DNA of 23,403 nt from an uncultured virus (IMG/VR IMGVR_UViG_3300033149_002847). Its lineage: Duplodnaviria > Heunggongvirae > Uroviricota > Caudoviricetes. The notes beneath the pieces are model-generated. The model saw only the letters and a program-made list of their open reading frames with translations. It was not told the DNA's origin and did no database searches. Below, in pieces: positions 17,677 to 23,403 of this stretch (positions within the stretch are counted from its first letter, which is position 1; every line of letters starts with the position of its first letter). The stretch lies in the IMG/VR virus record IMGVR_UViG_3300033149_002847; one strand, 5' to 3'. The position numbers and the translations under genes were made by a program.

Positions 17677-19257
17677 TTAGTTTAATACTGGATTTATTTT
17701 CAACGTTACTGTTTGTGAAAATCCATCCGCTGTTATTTCGCCTATTCCTGATTGTGCTTCCCATCGAGGATCATCTGTATCCTCAGACTTTCTGCATTTC
17801 CAAACTATATCTATAGGTTTAGTTCCACCGTAAGATTCTGTTGCAACTCCTAAAGCTGTAGTATCCTCATTCATTAACTCAGTGTATGGAGATTCTAACA
17901 AATGTATAGATGTTTGTACATTCTCAAGTAAGTTTAAATCACCATCTTGTACAGTCATTAAAAGGACTACTGCTGCAACTATTGTTATCGTTCCTGTTCC
18001 TGCTTCATTTTTATAATTAGGATTAGAACCATTTGAAGCATTTGCAATTAGATCATAAATTGTATTTGAATAAACATCATATGTGCTTATACCGTCTGTA
18101 CCTGAAAATACAATATTATCGAGTGCAAACTCCTGGTCTGCTGCTGTTGGTACTATTTCAATTGCTGAAGATCCAGGGGCTATTATTTTACCGTTTTTAA
18201 TCCCGTGTCCTGGTATCATTCTTATACTAAAACCAGTCGATGAAATTATTGAAAAGTTTTCAAATTTAATTGTATCTGGTATTATCTCATCTGAGCCGTC
18301 AACTATAGCGTTTAGAACATCTTTGTCGGTTGCTGAGGGTTGAAAAGTGATAGTACCTGCAACTTGAAAAGTGCATCCGAATATTCCCAGTTTATCAATA
18401 CCGGTATCTGACATGTCAAATAAAAATTTGACTATACCACCAGACTTAAAAACACACCCCTTTATCCCATCACTCCCAGACAGTTCACCAAAGTATAATT
18501 CAGTAGTTCCAGTACCGCCAACACCTTGAAGTTTATGATATCCATCAGCAACAAGATCATTTTCAAATACAACTAACTGATTTTTATCTGTAAACCATAA
18601 ATTACCTGTAGAGCTGTTAAAAAGGAAAGTACCTTGTAAGAAAAATACACCACCTTCTTTTCTTATTTGACCTATTGAGCCTGCAATGTCTTGTGCTAAT
18701 AGTTCATCAAAATCATCTGGGGTACCTGAAGCTCCACCAGTAATAGTGATACCCCTTACTGTAGCTGTATCGTATCTTAGATCATCCCAGTAGCTATTTG
18801 CTGCAAGTTTTGACTTTGCGATACCTTTAAAACCTACCCCGACTTTTGTAATTGCTGTTATAGTAGGGTCTGTACCATTATTATCGTCTGGAGTTGAATC
18901 TGCATCTATGATAAATCTTTTAAATCCACCTGCGTAAGTGTCTGAGCCTGCTACATGCCAGTACCCTTCGTTTCCTGAAGAATCAACTAGTATAAGCTGC
19001 ATACCACCATTTATTTTAGTATCTAATGATGGAGCTGTTAGGTTCATAAGTGCTGCTTGATAATGTCTACCTGTAAAATTTGCTTGCGTAATTGTATAAT
19101 ATATTCTATTAGTTTCTATATCAGTATCAATACTTAAAGCACCTGTACCTTCGTAGAAAAAACCAGGGTCGGTATCCAAAACACCTACACCACCATCCAT
19201 CCCATCGGTATCGCAATCAAATATTTGTACTGAATTATTAACTAATGTTAGTGCCAT
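17677..19257 (-). CDS. Multidomain putative adhesin: CBM-like + beta-helix-like + Ig/Cna-like domains
   Basis: N-terminal jelly-roll-like segment (LILVDSSGN...GGFKRFIID...ITAITKVGV...YWDDLRY); central repeats IKGCVF / IFGCTF / FENFSI / IKNGKI / LDNIVF; C-terminal MTVQDGDLNLLENVQTSI...DTTALGVAT...QTVTL. Confidence 0.55.
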   Translation of the reverse strand: MALTLVNNSVQIFDCDTDGMDGGVGVLDTDPGFFYEGTGALSIDTDIETNRIYYTITQANFTGRHYQAALMNLTAPSLDTKINGGMQLILVDSSGNEGYWHVAGSDTYAGGFKRFIIDADSTPDDNNGTDPTITAITKVGVGFKGIAKSKLAANSYWDDLRYDTATVRGITITGGASGTPDDFDELLAQDIAGSIGQIRKEGGVFFLQGTFLFNSSTGNLWFTDKNQLVVFENDLVADGYHKLQGVGGTGTTELYFGELSGSDGIKGCVFKSGGIVKFLFDMSDTGIDKLGIFGCTFQVAGTITFQPSATDKDVLNAIVDGSDEIIPDTIKFENFSIISSTGFSIRMIPGHGIKNGKIIAPGSSAIEIVPTAADQEFALDNIVFSGTDGISTYDVYSNTIYDLIANASNGSNPNYKNEAGTGTITIVAAVVLLMTVQDGDLNLLENVQTSIHLLESPYTELMNEDTTALGVATESYGGTKPIDIVWKCRKSEDTDDPRWEAQSGIGEITADGFSQTVTLKINPVLN

Positions 19258-19706
19258 TATGTGTTATGCCTCGCTGCAAGCATTATACCTAAAACTACAT
19301 GCGACCATAGTGGGATTGATACAGGTGTATCTATTGTGATTAAGTCAGGGTTAGTGAATAAACTCATATTTACTTGTGAGTAATCAGAGCCTATTACATA
19401 TGAGACATTATCTACAGGATGAATATAATCTCTTATATTGGTAAATGTTTCTTCTGGATAATTATCTGCTTTTTCTAGTACTACAAATTTATGGTCTGGA
19501 TGGGCATTTATACATGCTTCAAGTGTTGGAAACTGGTCAAATTCTATTTCTGCATCAGCCCAAGCAATGTCCTCAGTTGTAATCACATCCAAATGAGATA
19601 ACCCAAAGGCTTTCATTGTAAGAGTGTAAAATTTCATTACAGTTCTTATTCTATCTGGATCATTTATCCATGCTGCATTATCCCAATGAACTATAACACC
19701 GATCAT
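19257..19706 (-). CDS. Minimal SPOUT-fold (TrmL/TrmJ/SpoU-like) methyltransferase-like protein, degenerate motifs (149 aa)
   Basis: Start moved to ATG 19706 (GGAGG RBS). Elements IGVIVH - TMKAFGLSHLDVI - FPTLEACI - FVVLE - IRDYIHP - YVIGSD - LITIDTP - PLWSHVVLGIMLAAR follow the order and spacing of TrmL/TrmJ. Confidence 0.6.
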   Translation of the reverse strand: MIGVIVHWDNAAWINDPDRIRTVMKFYTLTMKAFGLSHLDVITTEDIAWADAEIEFDQFPTLEACINAHPDHKFVVLEKADNYPEETFTNIRDYIHPVDNVSYVIGSDYSQVNMSLFTNPDLITIDTPVSIPLWSHVVLGIMLAARHNT

Positions 19707-19779
19707 CTCTACCCTCCAAACCAATAATCTATAGTAATGTATATCGCTTCAATCTTTCCAAATTTCTAAAAGCTAGATT

Positions 19780-20193
19780 TTAGCATTTTTGTAACAATTC
19801 CAATAATCCATCATCAGTCCACCTTATTGCTAATAAACCTGTACTCGATACTTTATCATTAATAAAATCCAAAGTAAATAAGATCTCATTTCCAGCCGTG
19901 ATATCATATACTACTGCATATCTGCAAATTATAGTAGATCCTGGCCATTCAATATCATCAACATTCCAGAGCATACGATCATTTGTATCATCTTGAGTAA
20001 CGATAGAATTATTTAAAATATTCCCTCCAGCTGTATAACCTACTCCAACAACTTCACTTGTATTGTTGAAAATATTTGAATCCTTATCCGGCACGTAAGC
20101 ACTTGTCATTAAAGCCAGTTTAATTTCATCTGTTTCAAGGTTTATCTTTTTTTTAGCTAAAGAAGATAAAAACCTGTTTGAGGTTATATTCAT
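19780..20193 (-). CDS. Small virion structural protein (minor tail / neck-fibre-like family)
   Basis: IKLALMTSAYVP...EVVGVGYTAGG...DDIEW..STI.CRYAVVYD...LDF..DK.S motif, common in phage structural modules; ATGA overlap with the neck gene. Confidence 0.6.
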   Translation of the reverse strand: MNITSNRFLSSLAKKKINLETDEIKLALMTSAYVPDKDSNIFNNTSEVVGVGYTAGGNILNNSIVTQDDTNDRMLWNVDDIEWPGSTIICRYAVVYDITAGNEILFTLDFINDKVSSTGLLAIRWTDDGLLELLQKC

Positions 20194-21026
20194 CCTCCCA
20201 AGTCCTTTTTAAAAGCTTCTTCTATTGAACTATTAATAGTATCCTGACCTCTTTCTAAAATCTGTTGCAAATAGTGCCTTGCTCTTATTCCAGGGTGCAT
20301 CCAAGAACCAGGGGCAGAATTAACAGATACAACTCTGAACGACATAAAATGGCTATCTTTAGCCGGTCCCATTGCTACTAAACCTTGCAAGTTTTTAAAT
20401 TCGTCTGTTTCTGGGAACTGAAATTTTGTACCCCAGGAATACTCAGCTCTCTTAACTTCTTCACCCCAATAATTAGATGAAACTTTACCACTTTTAGCAG
20501 GTGATTTTGTTACTTTAGTTCGCTCAAATCCTTCTTTTCCCATTTGTGCCTGCACATTTTTATAAACATTCTCCAGGGTTTTTTGACCCTTCTTAGTTCC
20601 TTTTGTTTTATGCCTAAAAGGGACCATTAGATAAGAATCTCCTGCATGTACTGTATATGTTGAACCGTCTGGTCTTTTTTGAGTCCATGAAAAACGCATT
20701 TTGCCTTTAATTCTTCGAGGTCTTACTACTCTACTTTTTTTTCCGAAAGGATGAGTTAGTTTCATATCAAATGGTTTAAGACCATATTCTAGCCAGTGAA
20801 CAACCTTATCCCTGGAATAAACTGAATGAGTAAATGGTGTTATTTTCTTTTTCTCAATCCTACGATCCGAACCTACTTGAGTTTGCCAAGCCCTAGCAAC
20901 AGCACCAGAGAGTGTTGATAACGTCCTCTCAGTGTTTCTAAAGCCTATACCTGATCCAATTGTATTTAAAGCACTGATAAGCTCTACAAGAGCAGGATCT
21001 GAAGGTACTATACTTAAAGTAATCAA
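20190..21026 (-). CDS. Neck / tail-completion protein (HK97 gp10 / Ne1-like)
   Basis: Basic 278-aa protein; LEYG..PFDMK, YLMVPFRH, FRVVSVNS.PGSW.HPG..ARH motifs; third gene of the neck trio; TTG start. Confidence 0.7.
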   Translation of the reverse strand: MITLSIVPSDPALVELISALNTIGSGIGFRNTERTLSTLSGAVARAWQTQVGSDRRIEKKKITPFTHSVYSRDKVVHWLEYGLKPFDMKLTHPFGKKSRVVRPRRIKGKMRFSWTQKRPDGSTYTVHAGDSYLMVPFRHKTKGTKKGQKTLENVYKNVQAQMGKEGFERTKVTKSPAKSGKVSSNYWGEEVKRAEYSWGTKFQFPETDEFKNLQGLVAMGPAKDSHFMSFRVVSVNSAPGSWMHPGIRARHYLQQILERGQDTINSSIEEAFKKDLGG

Positions 21027-22084
21027 AACCCCTCCCTTGAATTGTAATCAGTGTAGATTTTCAAAGCAACCTTTCGAGGGAACCTGTTATTTTCACTTGT
21101 TCTAGGATCTGGAACATCACTCAATACTTTATAAACAGTATTGTACAGATAAGTAAAACTTACTTGTTCTCCTTCAGTAGGAGGGTTATTAATCCATTTA
21201 ATTTGATTACCTTTATATATGATAAAATCTGTTCCTGGAGTAAATTCATATTTAAGGTTATTTCTTATAGAGTAAGCACTTACCATTTCATAAAGATAAA
21301 AAGAAGGTAATGTATCTATAGTTCCAGTGGATCTTATTATTGTCTTTTTTGATTGAGTAGAATTTAAAGCTACAATTACATCATGCTCATAAACAGACCA
21401 TCTTTGAGGAAAAACCATAAGTCCAGTACCGTTCACTTCCATAAGATATTTTTGATCTGACTTTGTGAAATTATTATTAATCAGTGCAAAATTAAATGGA
21501 TCTATATATGTGTATTCAACTTCAATATCTCCAGGAGCAACATTATCTGATATTTCAAAGAAATTTCTAAATATATTAGTTATTGTTAATCCTGTAGAGG
21601 TTACTGTTAATAAATCACCTTGAACATCTCCGAAAGCAACTTGAGTGGGAATATTTATTTTGTAAAGTTTATCTGATATGTATTCTGCTGTACCAGTCCC
21701 TGAAAGGGTTATTTCTTCAGTGTACTTTACAATATAAGATCTACCCCTAATAACCCCGTCAACATAAGTCACACAATCCTCTGAAGTAATTACATACTCA
21801 TTACCTTCAAAATCTCTTACCCATATTATATTATCTTGTTCAATAACTCCATCGATGGGTGCAACAAAAGTTTCCACCCTACTTGATGTTAATTGAGAAT
21901 CATAAATAACACCCTTCCCTTTACATAAAGAACAGTTTTCATCTACCTTTTGATTATCACCAATACAAGGGCATTTTTCAGAGACTAACCATCTAACAGG
22001 TTGACTGTGACGACCTATAAAAGCGTTAAAATTTTCTCTACTAAGGTTTATTTTAATTGGAGATATCTCACCTAATCCGGCCAT
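21023..22084 (-). CDS. Head closure / neck protein with Zn finger
   Basis: V.W....CPC.......NCSLCKGKGVIY motif and C-terminal Y.V......R......FP.K..LK as in SPO1/K-like neck proteins. Confidence 0.7.
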   Translation of the reverse strand: MAGLGEISPIKINLSRENFNAFIGRHSQPVRWLVSEKCPCIGDNQKVDENCSLCKGKGVIYDSQLTSSRVETFVAPIDGVIEQDNIIWVRDFEGNEYVITSEDCVTYVDGVIRGRSYIVKYTEEITLSGTGTAEYISDKLYKINIPTQVAFGDVQGDLLTVTSTGLTITNIFRNFFEISDNVAPGDIEVEYTYIDPFNFALINNNFTKSDQKYLMEVNGTGLMVFPQRWSVYEHDVIVALNSTQSKKTIIRSTGTIDTLPSFYLYEMVSAYSIRNNLKYEFTPGTDFIIYKGNQIKWINNPPTEGEQVSFTYLYNTVYKVLSDVPDPRTSENNRFPRKVALKIYTDYNSREGF

Positions 22085-23154
22085 TAGATACTTCCTATAC
22101 GAAAGTTACCATACTTGTTTCTGTTTTCATCTATATATTCTTGAATTTCCTTCTGATATACTCCGATCCTTGCCCCAAAATAAGCATTTTCTACTCCTTG
22201 GGTACTAGAAAAGGATTCACTCATTCCATCTAAACTGATAGAACTTGAAGAAAATCCAGCCAATAAACCATCACCAACTACATTAAGTAATTTTAAAGCT
22301 GCAAGCTTACCTATAATCTCTCTTAAATCTTCAGGAATAAGTTCAGCATCCCTATAACCTGTTTTGTAATCAATATGAAAAGCATCTGGATAATTAGTAC
22401 CATCTAAAATTAAATTCCAAGGCCAACCGTATCCACCTGCAAAAGTCTGTAAACTCCCCTGTTTAGGGTAATGCCAGAATTTTCCATTTCTTTTATCAAT
22501 TCTTAACCATGGAAGTAAATCAAATATCTTAGTATCCAGAGGGGAATAAAAATCAAATCTTGTTACTTCCTGAATAGGTCTATGCCTGGATACAACCAAG
22601 TATCGTCTATGTCTTCTATTAGGATAAGGGAATTCTTTTATCACTAATTTTGATATTTCTATAGCTTCAGATTCATCATCATCTGTATAATATTGTCTAG
22701 GAAATATATCGATATTAAGTACTTTTTCTAGTTGATAAACAGCCCATTTTATAAAAGTTCTGGTCTGTACATTAGTCCATGGGGTACCATTTGAGGCAGT
22801 TAAGTCAATTCCCCATAAGAACGAATATTGCATATCGTCTGCTGTGAGAATTTCACCAAATTGTCCATCTGGTACTATGTAATTGTCAAAAGACCATCCA
22901 ACAGGATCAGAACCAATAGGAACACAACCCGAATAATCGTATAGAGGATCTAAGAAATATCTATATTGATAAATACCATCTGCTAAATCGTAATCTGTAA
23001 AGTTTGCTGCATTTACTAGAACAGGGACCCCACCCCAGCCTGAGCCAGTCCAGGGTTGCCAGGGTCCAGTGTTAAATTTCCTTTCTAATAGAAAGGAACC
23101 GACATTTGAGGATTGTAATATAATATTGTTTCCGCTTTTGACAGCAGTTAGCAT
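22084..23154 (-). CDS. Head-tail adaptor (neck) protein with N-terminal FN3-like extension
   Basis: Core LWGIDL, AV..LEK.LNIDIFP, RPIQEV, PDAFHIDYKTG, IPEDLREIIGKLAA...GDGLLAGFSSSSISLDGMSESFSSTQ...FGARI; ~85-aa N-terminal beta domain. Confidence 0.75.
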   Translation of the reverse strand: MLTAVKSGNNIILQSSNVGSFLLERKFNTGPWQPWTGSGWGGVPVLVNAANFTDYDLADGIYQYRYFLDPLYDYSGCVPIGSDPVGWSFDNYIVPDGQFGEILTADDMQYSFLWGIDLTASNGTPWTNVQTRTFIKWAVYQLEKVLNIDIFPRQYYTDDDESEAIEISKLVIKEFPYPNRRHRRYLVVSRHRPIQEVTRFDFYSPLDTKIFDLLPWLRIDKRNGKFWHYPKQGSLQTFAGGYGWPWNLILDGTNYPDAFHIDYKTGYRDAELIPEDLREIIGKLAALKLLNVVGDGLLAGFSSSSISLDGMSESFSSTQGVENAYFGARIGVYQKEIQEYIDENRNKYGNFRIGSI

Positions 23155-23402
23155 TTATCATATCCTTCTAATTCTATAAGCATTTCAGCAACTTCCGATT
23201 TAACCTCAGCGATACCATCATTTCCAAAATCAAGCATACCAAAAGATGAAGATATTTCACCCCTATAAACTGATTTGATCTTGACAAGATCACCTTTTGA
23301 CTCATCATTTTCCGGGGTTTCCGGGGTTTCCGGGGTTTCCGGGGTTTCCGGGGTTTCCGGGGTTTCCGGGGTTTCCGGGGTTTCCGGGGTTTCCGGGGTT
23401 TC
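23148..23402 (-). CDS. Partial small protein (5' end outside window) with (Glu-Thr-Pro)n tract; likely the gene following the major capsid gene
   Basis: Open frame (ETP)x10[58 protein letters not shown]; stop overlaps the adaptor start. Not in the ORF track because no start codon is in the window. Confidence 0.7.
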   Translation of the reverse strand, partial: ETPETPETPETPETPETPETPETPETPETPENDESKGDLVKIKSVYRGEISSSFGMLDFGNDGIAEVKSEVAEMLIELEGYDKC

Positions 23403-23403
23403 C
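23309..23403. repeat. Perfect 9-bp tandem repeat (TTTCCGGGG) x10.5, running off the window end
   Basis: 10 identical full units plus TTTCC, read directly; encodes ETP on the minus strand. Confidence 0.97.

Noticed and set aside
461..18343. Short ORFs in the track overlapping long genes (461..733, 1463..1669, 1534..1770, 4828..5184, 8046..8261, 10762..10974, 11190..11429, 14346..14558, 16658..16840, 16932..17123, 17294..17545, 17395..17637, 17535..17816, 18083..18343)
   Set aside because: Antisense or out-of-frame shadows of well-supported minus-strand genes, with no recognisable motifs.
19707..19779. TTG start at 19724 and a promoter in this gap
   Set aside because: GGAGG positions ATG 19706 as the start; -35/-10 candidates (TTGAAG, TTGGAA) lack a good -10 at proper spacing.
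23309..23403. Repeat as a telomere or CRISPR array
   Set aside because: No spacers, so not CRISPR. The 9-bp unit is in frame with a sensible protein C-terminus coupled to the next gene, so a coding repeat is more parsimonious than a telomere.
1..23403. Stop-codon reassignment, tRNA genes, introns/inteins, lysis or integrase genes
   Set aside because: TAA, TGA and TAG all end genes at tight junctions, core genes have ordinary uninterrupted lengths, and no such elements were recognisable.

Overview
AT-rich segment of a tailed phage or prophage genome (standard genetic code, strong Shine-Dalgarno sites). It carries an almost complete myovirus neck-tail-baseplate operon on the minus strand. In transcription order: a partial small protein with a perfect (ETP)n repeat, head-tail adaptor, Zn-finger head-closure protein, neck protein, a ~6.7 kb extra cassette, tail terminator, a 56-aa protein missing from the ORF track, sheath, tube, chaperone pair, tape measure, hub, spike, tube initiator/LysM, gp25-like, baseplate J, baseplate I-like and a collar/HxH fibre. 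One small Cys-rich gene on the plus strand converges on it. Gene order and motifs recall SPO1/Twort/K-like (Herelleviridae-type) tails, but the tape measure is only 602 aa. Most notable: (1) the cassette between neck and tail terminator combines large putative fibre/adhesin proteins, a degenerate minimal SPOUT (TrmL/TrmJ-like) methyltransferase-fold protein and a second, N-terminally extended tail-terminator copy (~70% identical by hand count); (2) a promoter/operator/short leader/terminator element with a competing hairpin directly before the core tail genes; (3) a chaperone pair that would need a +1/-2 rather than -1 frameshift. All protein calls come from motif recognition and synteny, not database searches.
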